Assembly (NCBI GenBank): GCA_030746535.1
Contig: JASLML010000001.1
Span: forward strand, 368 to 64,367
DNA: 64,000 nucleotides
Direction: 5' to 3'
Origin: Fidelibacterota bacterium
Lineage (GTDB): Bacteria > Fidelibacterota > Marinisomatia > Marinisomatales > TCS55
Part shown: piece after piece, positions 36,462-45,737 of the stretch
Layout: every line of letters starts with the position of its first letter
Numbering within the stretch: the first letter of the stretch is position 1
Notes under the pieces: generated by a model
What the model saw: the letters and a program-made list of their open reading frames with translations, nothing else
What the model was told of the DNA's origin: nothing
Databases searched by the model: none
Translations under genes and position numbers: made by a program

Positions 36462-37400
36462 TTAGCGAGAAAAGACTCCGATGGCAGACATAACCTCCCT
36501 CTCTGTGGTTAATCCCGCTGGGCGATTCAAGAGTTTGCCGTTTGCCACCAAAGCGCTGGATCCGCCACCGTCAAGATTAAGCGCATCAACGCAGCCAATA
36601 TCGTACATAATGATTGCCAACTCATTCAGGTCTACTCCTCTACTTTCCATTTGCCTGCCATCAACTACGCATAAAATGATGTTGCCGTTTTTATCGATAC
36701 CTACAGCAGACCTTGGATGTACACCGGGAATTTTTGTATTAAAAAATAATTCTTCATCCGATGAAATATTGATTTTTCCATCTTTAATTAGAACAGGACC
36801 AGCTTGGATGGCATCTCGCACAGGCCAGTATTCGGCATTTGAAAAATCGAGGAATTTGACAGGATTATTCGGCTCATTTGGCGTGGGTTGATACCAGCGG
36901 AATAGAGAGTCATTTCTTGAGTAAGACCATGCAATTTCACCTAATCCTGAATCGAAAATACCAAAGGCGCCTCTGGCTGTACGGTACCTTCTGTTCCAGC
37001 GTAATAGTGTTTTAAATGGCGGTTCAATTAATGTGTTAGTCAAATAGAGAAAACCGACATGATTTGTTGGATTCTTATCCATTCTGAAATATCCAGCATT
37101 AATAACCACATCGGCGCCGGTTCTCTGCATCATCTGCAAAGGTGTCTCTCTTTTATCCAAATCCGTTGATACCAATCCTCGAACATCAAATAGTGAATCA
37201 GGCCTTGTAACCTTTACATACCATACTTTTAATGGAATTGTTTCATTTGTTCCTGCATATAGTTCCAGTCCGTCAGGAATATCATTTATTTCCGATGATT
37301 GGTTTGTCCAATTGATAGGAATTACAGAATAACGTTGTGTATCCCCGCAGGAAAAAAACACTAAAAACAACATTAGATAAAATGGCATTGATCTTCTCAA
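36462..37400 (-). CDS. Phosphodiester glycosidase family (DUF2233) secreted protein
   Basis: Signal peptide. C-terminal GVDLNELA...GCVDALNLDGGGSSALV is characteristic of the NAGPA-like phosphodiester glycosidase family. Confidence 0.6.
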   Translation of the reverse strand: MRRSMPFYLMLFLVFFSCGDTQRYSVIPINWTNQSSEINDIPDGLELYAGTNETIPLKVWYVKVTRPDSLFDVRGLVSTDLDKRETPLQMMQRTGADVVINAGYFRMDKNPTNHVGFLYLTNTLIEPPFKTLLRWNRRYRTARGAFGIFDSGLGEIAWSYSRNDSLFRWYQPTPNEPNNPVKFLDFSNAEYWPVRDAIQAGPVLIKDGKINISSDEELFFNTKIPGVHPRSAVGIDKNGNIILCVVDGRQMESRGVDLNELAIIMYDIGCVDALNLDGGGSSALVANGKLLNRPAGLTTEREVMSAIGVFSR

Positions 37401-38173
37401 TATTCTGAACCTGTAGAAATAATTTTAAATGCAGCTGATGATAATATATTTCCGTTGTAATCCCGTACAGCAACGGACCAATTCCCTGTTTTATGCTTTT
37501 GAATTGTTTGGTAACTCCATGCCCGCCAGTAATGCGATCTTCCGATCTCCATAGGAATAATTGATATGAGAACACCTTCGTAAGACCATTCATGCGTTAC
37601 GGACTGTTTAGCACCCATATTTTCTGTCATGGTAAAGCAATAGACCTTCCCTACTGTATCCGGGAATGAATCTGCGGATCCTTCAGGCGAACGTGTTTCT
37701 GTGACAACATTTTGACACGTGACTATTTTTTGAAGAACTAATTTGGTGATTGTTGTATCCTTCGTTATTGAATGAGATTGATTAGAGTCAGATATTGGTT
37801 CAATATTATCTTCGTTTTCAATTTGTAATTGTTCTTCCCCTATCTCATCCTTATTGACCGTATAGTTGTCGAGATCATTCTCTTTATTTTCTGTTTGATC
37901 AGAGTCAGTATCGTTTATTTTCTTTTCCATTATTGGTTTCTGTTCGATTTCCGGAAGATCATCTGTGAAAAATGATCCTGATACAGCAATATAAATAAGA
38001 TATACAGCAATCATCCCTACTATAGCTTTGTACTGTTTAACGTATATAGCAATCCCGGTCAGCAAAAGCAGAACCAATGATATTTGGATAAAGGACGGGT
38101 CGCTAAAGAGGTTCATGATACGGATGAAAATTAGGGAATTGAATAGAAATCCGTATAATAAAAAAGCCCCCAT
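37397..38173 (-). CDS. Membrane protein with acidic low-complexity linker and DUF2914-like C-terminal domain
   Basis: Three N-terminal TM segments and a D/E/N-rich linker. The C-terminus VYCFT....VTHEWSYEGVLIS...RAWSYQTI..HKTGNWSVAVRDYNGNIL resembles DUF2914. Confidence 0.5.
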   Translation of the reverse strand: MGAFLLYGFLFNSLIFIRIMNLFSDPSFIQISLVLLLLTGIAIYVKQYKAIVGMIAVYLIYIAVSGSFFTDDLPEIEQKPIMEKKINDTDSDQTENKENDLDNYTVNKDEIGEEQLQIENEDNIEPISDSNQSHSITKDTTITKLVLQKIVTCQNVVTETRSPEGSADSFPDTVGKVYCFTMTENMGAKQSVTHEWSYEGVLISIIPMEIGRSHYWRAWSYQTIQKHKTGNWSVAVRDYNGNILSSAAFKIISTGSEY

Positions 38174-38190
38174 TCCTGGAGGCTTTTTTA
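38158..38190 (-). terminator. Rho-independent terminator for the 38208..39248 gene
   Basis: On the minus strand, AGCCTCCA-GGAA-TGGGGGCT (8-bp stem with one G-U pair) is followed by TTTTTATTAT. Confidence 0.7.
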
Positions 38191-38207
38191 TTTGAAGAAA
38201 TATGGCG

Positions 38208-39248
38208 TTATTTAAGGAAAATCATTTTTTCTCTAACAGTGGTATTCCCTGCCTGAATAATATAAAAATACATACCCGTAGATACAGGTTTGCCGTTATT
38301 ATCAGTTGCATTCCACGTTACAGAATGAATTCCGGATGAATGAAAACCTGAAGCCAAAGTATTGATCTGATTCCCGAGCATATCAAATACGGTAATATTC
38401 ACATGTCCCTCTACAGGAACTGTGTAAGAAATAGTTGTTACCGGGTTGAATGGGTTCGGGTAATTGGAAGCAGACAATTTGAATTCCAAAGCAAATAAGC
38501 CGTCATCAGTTCCCAGTTGCTGATTTTCCGGGTTATAGTCTTCCATGGACAAGACCCAAAGTTTATCTGTTCCGACTTCGCAGTCAAGTGCCCAGCCTTC
38601 AATAGAAACACTTTCACCGCTTTCCGGCGAAACTGCTGATGTATCCGTATGCAGCCAATACCGCAGTCTAAGTGAATAATCGGCAGAACCATCATCATCT
38701 GTATCAAGAAAATAATGCGTTCTGTCATGTGCCGAATCTGTTTCGGCAATGATAGTTCCCGTAACGGATACTGAATCGATATAATCTTCCCAGCCGCCGT
38801 CATTCTGCATTCCATATCCACTGTCGGGATTTACCCATTCCAAGTCATTGAGCGTCCAAACCCGCATTTTGGAGCGGCCTCGTCGAGTGACTACACGGCC
38901 CGTTACGGTTATTTCATCTCCATTTGCAGGCCGAACTGCACCGCTTTCCGGCTCATAATTTTCCGGACCGAATTTCAATGCTAGATCAATCGTATCATTT
39001 CCATCCGTATCCAAAAAATAGCGCGTATGGATAAAACAGCGGCCCGTGTCGCTGATTACTATTGCAGTACCTGTAGTGGTTACTGTGTCGACAGTTGCAT
39101 GATAACCACCGTTCCCATGGCCTCCGCCATGTCCATTGCCGTGCCCTCCGTTACCATCTCCGCAGTCGCCGCCGTGTCCCTGGGCTGACAATCCCGTCAG
39201 TCCTGCAATGAGAATGGGCATAAGTGATTGTAAAAAAATTCGTTTCAT
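38208..39248 (-). CDS. Secreted protein with Gly/His-rich N-terminus, two repeated modules and a T9SS C-terminal sorting domain
   Basis: Signal peptide, then HGGDCGDGNGGHGNGHGGGHGNGGYH. Duplicated module (TRYFLDTDGNDTIDLAL / THYFLDTDDDGSADYSL). C-terminus NYPNPFNPVTTISYTVP...GMYFYIIQAG is the T9SS CTD pattern. Confidence 0.75.
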   Translation of the reverse strand: MKRIFLQSLMPILIAGLTGLSAQGHGGDCGDGNGGHGNGHGGGHGNGGYHATVDTVTTTGTAIVISDTGRCFIHTRYFLDTDGNDTIDLALKFGPENYEPESGAVRPANGDEITVTGRVVTRRGRSKMRVWTLNDLEWVNPDSGYGMQNDGGWEDYIDSVSVTGTIIAETDSAHDRTHYFLDTDDDGSADYSLRLRYWLHTDTSAVSPESGESVSIEGWALDCEVGTDKLWVLSMEDYNPENQQLGTDDGLFALEFKLSASNYPNPFNPVTTISYTVPVEGHVNITVFDMLGNQINTLASGFHSSGIHSVTWNATDNNGKPVSTGMYFYIIQAGNTTVREKMIFLK

Positions 39249-39344
39249 GGATTTGTTCTCCTTTGGTATTTATCTGAAATTAAATGTGTTTGACACTGTT
39301 TCAGCAAAAAGGTTAAAGAATTTACCCAAAATTAATGAAAAATG

Positions 39345-39418
39345 TCGGAACGACAGGATTTGAACCTGCGACCCCTGCAACCCCATTGCAGTGCGCTACC
39401 GGACTGCGCCACGTTCCG
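39345..39418 (-). tRNA. tRNA-Pro (anticodon GGG)
   Basis: Reverse-complement cloverleaf: acceptor CGGAACG/CGTTCCG, D arm GCGC-AGTCCGGTA-GCGC, anticodon stem CTGCA/TGCAG with loop ATGGGGT, T arm GCAGG-TTCAAAT-CCTGT. Confidence 0.9.
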
Positions 39419-39423
39419 AAAAA

Positions 39424-39810
39424 TTATTTACGCAATTCGTCTATAATTGATTCAAGCTCTTGTTTCACGCCAAGCAGAACATCTGCAGATGGTGAGGATG
39501 ATAATCCCACATCAGTTTCTGTTTTTTCTTTAGATTGCAAATCTTCTGAACCTGATGAAGAATCTGATTTCAATTTCTCGATGGCACCTGCTATCGTGAA
39601 TTTTTGCTGATAAAGCAAATCTTTAATCTCAAGGATAAGGTCTATGTCCTGCTGGCGGTAGATACGGTTCCCCGCCCTGTTTTTTGATGGTTTAAGCTGC
39701 TTGAATTCTGTTTCCCAGTAGCGAAGAACATATTGTTTCAGATCGGTCATTTTGCTGACTTCACCAATGGAATAATACAGTTTCTTTATCGGAATAGATT
39801 TTGGGCTCAT
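39424..39810 (-). CDS. MerR family transcriptional regulator
   Basis: N-terminal winged HTH YYSIGEVSKMTDLKQYVLRYWETEF..L.P.KNRAGNRIYRQQDIDLILEIKDLL. Confidence 0.8.
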   Translation of the reverse strand: MSPKSIPIKKLYYSIGEVSKMTDLKQYVLRYWETEFKQLKPSKNRAGNRIYRQQDIDLILEIKDLLYQQKFTIAGAIEKLKSDSSSGSEDLQSKEKTETDVGLSSSPSADVLLGVKQELESIIDELRK

Positions 39811-39906
39811 GAATTATTCACTTAAACTAATACTTTATATTAAAGACGATAGAAACCTATAACAAATGAAATTTCAATATAAAAAAATGATCTAAATGGG
39901 CATGTA

Positions 39907-41328
39907 TCAAGCAGAAATGTAATCATTGTGAAACGCAATCCACTGCGGAAGGACTTCCTGTAATTGCGTTATAGGAGGTAAAAATGCAATCCTTAAATGG
40001 TTCGTTCCTTCCCTTTGACCGAATCCTTCTCCATTCACTGTGCATAATCCCGTTTCCTCAAGCAGTGCCATACAATAGTCGAAGTCATTTGTTCCTTCGG
40101 GGATATGATCAATCCGAGGAAAGAGATACATTGCACCGGTTCTTCCGAAACATTTTACACCTTCCATTTTTTTAAAGGCTGCTATTATCATAGATGCCTT
40201 TTCTTCTAAATCAGTCAGAATAGAGGTTTTTTCAGAGGCATATAAAGCGAAAGCGTTTGTCCCTTTTTCAGGCGGTGTAGCCATCATATATGTAAGGCAT
40301 TGTCCAATCGTATTTGAACAAAGACTGACCGATGCCTGTTTCAGGAAAATATCCATGAGTTTTATTCCACTTTTATTCACTTCAGGATTGCTACGGATTT
40401 CAACATAACCTCCTCTGTGACCGCATTCTCCGTGGAACCCTTTTGATGTGCTATGAAGGCTAAAGAGAAGAATATTCCGCGTTCCTCTTTCTTTTGCGAA
40501 GGAAGTGAATGATCCGCCATACAAGTTATCCTGATATACTTCATCAGCGATAATGGCTAAATCGTGTTTTTCCGCAAAATCCAAAATAAGACCAATGCTT
40601 TCTTCATCGAGAATGGAACCTGTTGGATTTCCGGGATTAATGACTACAATTGCTTTTATGTTTATCTCTGATTTTTCGGCATTATCATAGGATTCTGATA
40701 ATATTTCACTTGTAACCGACCAGTCCGAATCCTCATCCAGAAAGTAATTTACTTGAGTACCGCCGCAACGCTTGATTGTCGCAGAATATAAAGGATACTG
40801 CGGAATGGGTATCATGATGCCGTCGGATTTATCGGAAATCAAAATTTCGAGAATACGCCTTGCTGCATCGCTTGCGCCGTTGGTTAAGAATATAGATTCA
40901 GGATCAGATCCATTCCCAGATCCAGCATCAGAATCATCTCTCTTATCAATGAATTCAGCAATAGCTTCCCGGATAAATAACGGTCCTTTGCTTTCTGTAT
41001 ATGCGCCAGTGCCAGTCTTCATTTTTTCAAGCATATCCTCGGCGTAATTCAATACAGTGTCCGAATAAGAATCGACGGAAAGTTCTAGTGTATTGAGGTG
41101 CCTACTCAATTCACGTTCCCGCGTAATGGAATTCGGGTATTCCAAAAGGCTCAAAACCTGACGATAAAATGTAATAGGTTTTTGCCCAAGAGCTTGGGGA
41201 TTCCCGATATTACAGGCAATGGTGATTTGCCCTTCCTGTTCTAATTCTGCAGCGCGTTGTGAAATTTTACCACGCACTGCATATTCCATCTCAATCAGAT
41301 TTTGATTGACTGAAATGTGTTCAAACAT
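39907..41328 (-). CDS. Alanine aminotransferase-type class I/II aminotransferase (glutamate-pyruvate transaminase subfamily)
   Basis: NIGNPQALGQKPITFYRQVLSLLEYP and SLHSTSKGFHGECGHRGGY (PLP lysine) closely match the ALT subfamily signatures. Confidence 0.75.
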   Translation of the reverse strand: MFEHISVNQNLIEMEYAVRGKISQRAAELEQEGQITIACNIGNPQALGQKPITFYRQVLSLLEYPNSITRERELSRHLNTLELSVDSYSDTVLNYAEDMLEKMKTGTGAYTESKGPLFIREAIAEFIDKRDDSDAGSGNGSDPESIFLTNGASDAARRILEILISDKSDGIMIPIPQYPLYSATIKRCGGTQVNYFLDEDSDWSVTSEILSESYDNAEKSEINIKAIVVINPGNPTGSILDEESIGLILDFAEKHDLAIIADEVYQDNLYGGSFTSFAKERGTRNILLFSLHSTSKGFHGECGHRGGYVEIRSNPEVNKSGIKLMDIFLKQASVSLCSNTIGQCLTYMMATPPEKGTNAFALYASEKTSILTDLEEKASMIIAAFKKMEGVKCFGRTGAMYLFPRIDHIPEGTNDFDYCMALLEETGLCTVNGEGFGQREGTNHLRIAFLPPITQLQEVLPQWIAFHNDYISA

Positions 41329-41353
41329 TTGTGGTGTTATTTATAAGTTGGTT

Positions 41354-43522
41354 TTAGAATCTCTTTTTCCGGAAAGGTTTTTTCCCTCTGGAATTTCCAC
41401 TTCTTCCACCGCGGCGATCATCACGTTTTGGCGGAGGTGTCCACCCTTCAGGTTTTGGCAGAAGTTCTTTCCGGCTAAAGTCAAGACGGCCTTGGTCATC
41501 AACCTTGATAAGTTTCACCCGAACGGAATCGCCTACATTTACGACATCCTCTACTTTTTCTACCCTGTTCCACTCAAGTTCGGATATATGCACAAGACCT
41601 TCGCGTCCTGGAACAAATTCGACAAATGCTCCAAAAGTCATCAGCCTGGTAACTGTTCCGTCAAATTCCATTCCAACTTCCGGTTCCAGCGTTATCGCCC
41701 GCACAATTTCAATAGCTTCTTCACACCTTTTTAGATCAAGGCTTGCAGCAGTAACAATTCCGTCATCGTCCACATTGATATCGCATTCGGTATCAGCAAT
41801 GATCTTCTTGATGGTTTTCCCACCCGGACCAATGAGACCGCCGATTTTTTCAGTATCAATTTGAATAGAAAGGATTTTCGGAGCATAGTCAGACATTTCC
41901 TGAACTTCCGGCACTGCTTCATACATGAGGTTGAGAATGTGTTCTCTTCCGGACTTCGCTTGTGTCAATGCTTCCTTCAGAAGATCAAAAGAAATACCTT
42001 CAATTTTCAAGTCAAGCTGAATAGCAGTAATTCCTTCGCGTGTTCCCGCAACTTTGAAATCCATATCACCCAGATGATCTTCTGCGCCGAGAATATCACT
42101 GAGAATTGCATGACGTTTTCCATCTGTAATTAAGCCCATTGCAATTCCCGCGACGTGGCCTTTTGTGGATGCGCCTGCATTCATAAGAGCCAAAGAGCCG
42201 CCGCAAACGGTTGCCATGGAAGATGATCCGTTAGATTCCATGATTTCTGACACAATACGAATTGTGTAGGGAAAATCATCATATTCCGGTAATACCTTTT
42301 TTAATGCGCGTTCTGCCAGATTTCCATGTCCAACTTCCCTCCTGCTCGTAAATCCGACCCTTCCGGTCTCACCTACACAATATGGTGGGAAATTATAGTG
42401 CAGCATGAAATTTTTCTTTGTATCAAGATCCATGCTGTCTATGATTTGTTCATCTCTTGGTGTTCCAAGTGTTAAAACTGCAAGCGCTTGAGTTTCTCCT
42501 CTGGTGAAAAGTGAAGATCCATGCGTTCGGGGAAGCAGACCCGTTTCAATGGAAATATCACGAATATCCGCTGTAGACCTCCCATCACTTCTCGTTCCCG
42601 TGGCTAAGATATTCTCGCGAAATGCTTCCTTCAATCTGCTGTCAATATGTCCCTTTATCATGCCTTGGCTTTCAGGGAATGATTCTTCAAGATCGGTAGC
42701 TGTTTTCTCATGAATATTATCAATTGCCTTTTCGCGTTCAAGTTTATCAGGTATACCAATTGCATTAGAAATTGCATCTGTAACTCGACTATCAATTTCT
42801 TTCGACAATTCTTCATTTTCATCTTCTTCTGGAATATCCCGTTTGACAATATCGCATTCACCAGCTAATTCGTTTTGAAGTGTAATGACTTGCTTAATGA
42901 ATCCGTGCGAAAATTCCAAAGCGAGAACAAAATCTTCTTCTGAGATGATATCTGCCTCACCTTCAACCATCACAACGGTGCTTTCATTACCGGAAACCAT
43001 AATTTCCATATCAGATTCTTCCATCTCTTCGCGTGTTGGATTGATAATAAAATTACCATTTTTTCTTCCAACTCTAACGGTGGCGATAGGTCCATTCCAT
43101 GGAATATCTGAAATCATCAAAGCAGCGGATGCGCCGATTCCTGTGAGTGTGTCAGCCATATTTTCACCATCGCTCGAAAGAACGGTGGCAATTACTTGTG
43201 TTTCAAATTTGAATGACTTTGGAAATAACGGCCGAATAGGTCGGTCCGTCAGCCTGCTGGTCAATATTTCATGTTCCGAAGGACGAGCTTCGCGCTTGAA
43301 GAATCCACCCGGGATTTTTCCACCGGCATAATGACGTTCTCTGTATTCTACCTGAAGCGGAAAGAAGTCTATCCCTTCCCTAATTTCCTTTGCGGCGTTC
43401 ACTGCAACGATTACACTAGTTTCCCCATACGTCACGATGATAGATCCTGAAGACTGTCTCGCTATTTTTCCTGTTTGAATTGAGAGCGTTCTGCCCCCTA
43501 AATCCATCTCTTTTTTCAACAT
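41354..43522 (-). CDS. pnp: Polyribonucleotide nucleotidyltransferase (PNPase)
   Basis: Two RNase PH domains, a KH domain (IGGLIGPGGKTIKKI), an S1 domain (GTVTRLMTFGAFVEF) and a basic tail. Confidence 0.95.
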   Translation of the reverse strand: MLKKEMDLGGRTLSIQTGKIARQSSGSIIVTYGETSVIVAVNAAKEIREGIDFFPLQVEYRERHYAGGKIPGGFFKREARPSEHEILTSRLTDRPIRPLFPKSFKFETQVIATVLSSDGENMADTLTGIGASAALMISDIPWNGPIATVRVGRKNGNFIINPTREEMEESDMEIMVSGNESTVVMVEGEADIISEEDFVLALEFSHGFIKQVITLQNELAGECDIVKRDIPEEDENEELSKEIDSRVTDAISNAIGIPDKLEREKAIDNIHEKTATDLEESFPESQGMIKGHIDSRLKEAFRENILATGTRSDGRSTADIRDISIETGLLPRTHGSSLFTRGETQALAVLTLGTPRDEQIIDSMDLDTKKNFMLHYNFPPYCVGETGRVGFTSRREVGHGNLAERALKKVLPEYDDFPYTIRIVSEIMESNGSSSMATVCGGSLALMNAGASTKGHVAGIAMGLITDGKRHAILSDILGAEDHLGDMDFKVAGTREGITAIQLDLKIEGISFDLLKEALTQAKSGREHILNLMYEAVPEVQEMSDYAPKILSIQIDTEKIGGLIGPGGKTIKKIIADTECDINVDDDGIVTAASLDLKRCEEAIEIVRAITLEPEVGMEFDGTVTRLMTFGAFVEFVPGREGLVHISELEWNRVEKVEDVVNVGDSVRVKLIKVDDQGRLDFSRKELLPKPEGWTPPPKRDDRRGGRSGNSRGKKPFRKKRF

Positions 43523-43527
43523 TATTC

Positions 43528-43797
43528 TTATCCTCTAATTTGTAATTTTTTTATGATTTCTACATATGCACCCGGCCCTGTTCGGCGCAGGTATTTCATC
43601 AGTTTTTTTCGTTTGGCAACAAGTGTAACCAAACCGCGTCTCGAATGATGATCTTTTTTATGCAATTTCGAGTGTTCTGTCAGTTCACGGATACGCGCAG
43701 TTAGCATTGCAATTTGCACTTCCGAGCTGCCGGTATCCTTTGAATTATCACCGAATTCTTCGATGATTTCCTTCTTTTTATCTTCTGTTAAAGGCAT
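43528..43797 (-). CDS. rpsO: 30S ribosomal protein S15
   Basis: [32 protein letters not shown] is the canonical S15 sequence. Confidence 0.95.
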   Translation of the reverse strand: MPLTEDKKKEIIEEFGDNSKDTGSSEVQIAMLTARIRELTEHSKLHKKDHHSRRGLVTLVAKRKKLMKYLRRTGPGAYVEIIKKLQIRG

Positions 43798-43805
43798 TTA
43801 TTCTC

Positions 43806-44741
43806 CTAATGATATTTCTTAATTAATTCTTCACATTCTTGCTGATCCTTCACAAGCTGCTTTTTCAGCTCTGAGGAATCATTAAATTTTTTCTCGTCCC
43901 TAATCCGCTCTAAAAATTCTATGGTTATTTCCTTTTCGTATAAATCACCGATAGACTTTTCGAAAAAATGGACTTCCATCACAAAATCAGTCTCATTAAA
44001 GGTTGGACGAACCCCCAAGTTACACATTCCATATAAATTATTGCCATTAATCCTTCCTCTAGCAAAATAGACACCTTGCTTCGGTAATAGCTGATTATTT
44101 TCAACCGGGATGAAATTAGCTGTCGGGAATTCCAGATCTTTTCCACGTCCAGCGCCATATACTACTTTTGCTCTAAATCCATACACCCTGCCAAGTTCGA
44201 ATGATGCTCTGCGGACAAAACCTTCATGGATAAGTTTCCTTATATGCGTGCTCGAAATAATTACATCCTGATCGTGGACCGGTTCAATAATATTTACCTC
44301 AATTTGATGTTCAGCACCAAACTGCGACAGGAATTCCGGTGATCCCTCTCTATCCTTCCCGAAATGATGATCATATCCAATCACGATTCGATTTGGTTGA
44401 AAATTCTTTACAATAATATCTGATATAAAATCAGAAGCAGTTACGTGAGAAAATTCTTGGGAAAATGGTATGACGACAGTGGTGTCTATCCCTAATTCTT
44501 GAATTAGATGCAATTTATCTTCAAGATTGATCAATAAGGGAAGTACGAAATCTTTGTCCAAAATATGGCGCGGATGCGGATCAAAGGTAACGACGACAGA
44601 GGTTGATTGCTTTGCAGATGCGGTGGATACAACATGCCTAATTACTTCCTGATGCCCTCGGTGTAGCCCGTCGAAGGTTCCAATAGTTACGACTGCATTC
44701 TTCAAGCGATTTATGTCTTTTAAGCTGCGGCAGATTTCCAT
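43806..44741 (-). CDS. ribF: Bifunctional riboflavin kinase / FMN adenylyltransferase
   Basis: VVTIGTFDGLHRGHQ, FDPHPR and PTANF...GVY...G.NLGVRPTF. Confidence 0.9.
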   Translation of the reverse strand: MEICRSLKDINRLKNAVVTIGTFDGLHRGHQEVIRHVVSTASAKQSTSVVVTFDPHPRHILDKDFVLPLLINLEDKLHLIQELGIDTTVVIPFSQEFSHVTASDFISDIIVKNFQPNRIVIGYDHHFGKDREGSPEFLSQFGAEHQIEVNIIEPVHDQDVIISSTHIRKLIHEGFVRRASFELGRVYGFRAKVVYGAGRGKDLEFPTANFIPVENNQLLPKQGVYFARGRINGNNLYGMCNLGVRPTFNETDFVMEVHFFEKSIGDLYEKEITIEFLERIRDEKKFNDSSELKKQLVKDQQECEELIKKYH

Positions 44742-45394
44742 GATTTCTCAAAGGATTCAAGAGTTTGTGAATCCTTCACATTGTGATCCCCAATTCCAGT
44801 TCGCTGCAAATATGTAAGGTGCCCAACGGTTCCAAGCTTTTCTGCTATGTTAGCACCAAGAACTCGAATATATGTTCCCTTTGAGCATTCCACTGAAAAG
44901 GTTATTTCCGACAATTCAATTGACTCAAATGCAATTGAATTTATATGAATGGTAACCGGTTCACGTTCTATTTCAATGTTTTTTCTGGCCAATTTGTATA
45001 ATCGCACGCCGTTCACTTTTTTTGCAGAATACATCGGTGGAATCTGATTCTGTTTTCCAAGAAAACTTTTTAGTGTGCTGAGTATTTGATCTTCTGATAA
45101 TTCCGGGACAGGCAATGAGCTGTCTTCAGTTCCTGTTAGATCCATCGTATTTGTTGCAGTACCTAATATGAGTTTTGCACGGTAGGATTTTGACTGATTG
45201 CTTAGTTCAGAAAGCGCTTTTGTGTCTTTTCCGGTTCCGATAAGTAATACACCTTCAGCAAAAGGGTCCAATGTTCCGGCATGGCCTACTTTTTTCTGTC
45301 GAGTTATTCCGCGGACCTTTTTAACGACATCAAAAGATGTCCAACCCGGCGGCTTATAAAGATTCAGTATCATCGGTTTCATCCGGAATATCAA
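44720..45394 (-). CDS. truB: tRNA pseudouridine(55) synthase
   Basis: LNLYKPPGWTSFDVV...VGHAGTLDPFAEGVLLIGTGK.TK and PPMYSAKKVNGVRLY. The true start may be an internal Met (45382 or 45373). Confidence 0.9.
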   Translation of the reverse strand: MIFRMKPMILNLYKPPGWTSFDVVKKVRGITRQKKVGHAGTLDPFAEGVLLIGTGKDTKALSELSNQSKSYRAKLILGTATNTMDLTGTEDSSLPVPELSEDQILSTLKSFLGKQNQIPPMYSAKKVNGVRLYKLARKNIEIEREPVTIHINSIAFESIELSEITFSVECSKGTYIRVLGANIAEKLGTVGHLTYLQRTGIGDHNVKDSQTLESFEKSWKSAAA

Positions 45395-45737
45395 TCTTGG
45401 ACAAGAGCGATTCTATTCTGTGGGAATAATCAGCAGTCTCATCGTAATAGAATCTCAATTCCGGAGTAAATTTAATTTGCAATGCATTACCAAGATGCTT
45501 TCTGAATAGAGCTGCCATTGACTTCATTTCACGCTGCAAAGGCTTTAGTTCTATTTTTGGATCCATAACGGAATAATATACGGAGGCTATTTTTAAATCA
45601 GGGGTGATACTAACGCGGGAAAATGTAATGAATCCTAAATGAGAGAGATCAATATACCGAGTAGCAATTTCCCCTAAAATTTCCTGGATTTGGTGCGCAA
45701 CTCTATCGGTACGCTTGTAAGGTAACTGCTGTTTCAA
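45354..45737 (-). CDS. rbfA: Ribosome-binding factor A
   Basis: KRTDRVAHQIQEILGEI...ITFSRVSITPDLKIASVYYSV and the canonical position after infB. Confidence 0.9.
   Translation of the reverse strand: MKQQLPYKRTDRVAHQIQEILGEIATRYIDLSHLGFITFSRVSITPDLKIASVYYSVMDPKIELKPLQREMKSMAALFRKHLGNALQIKFTPELRFYYDETADYSHRIESLLSKIDIPDETDDTESL

Noticed and set aside
39335-39610. A 91-aa plus-strand ORF across tRNA-Pro(GGG) and antisense to the MerR gene.
   Set aside because: It starts inside the tRNA (GFEPATP artefact) and is antisense to a well-supported MerR-family gene.
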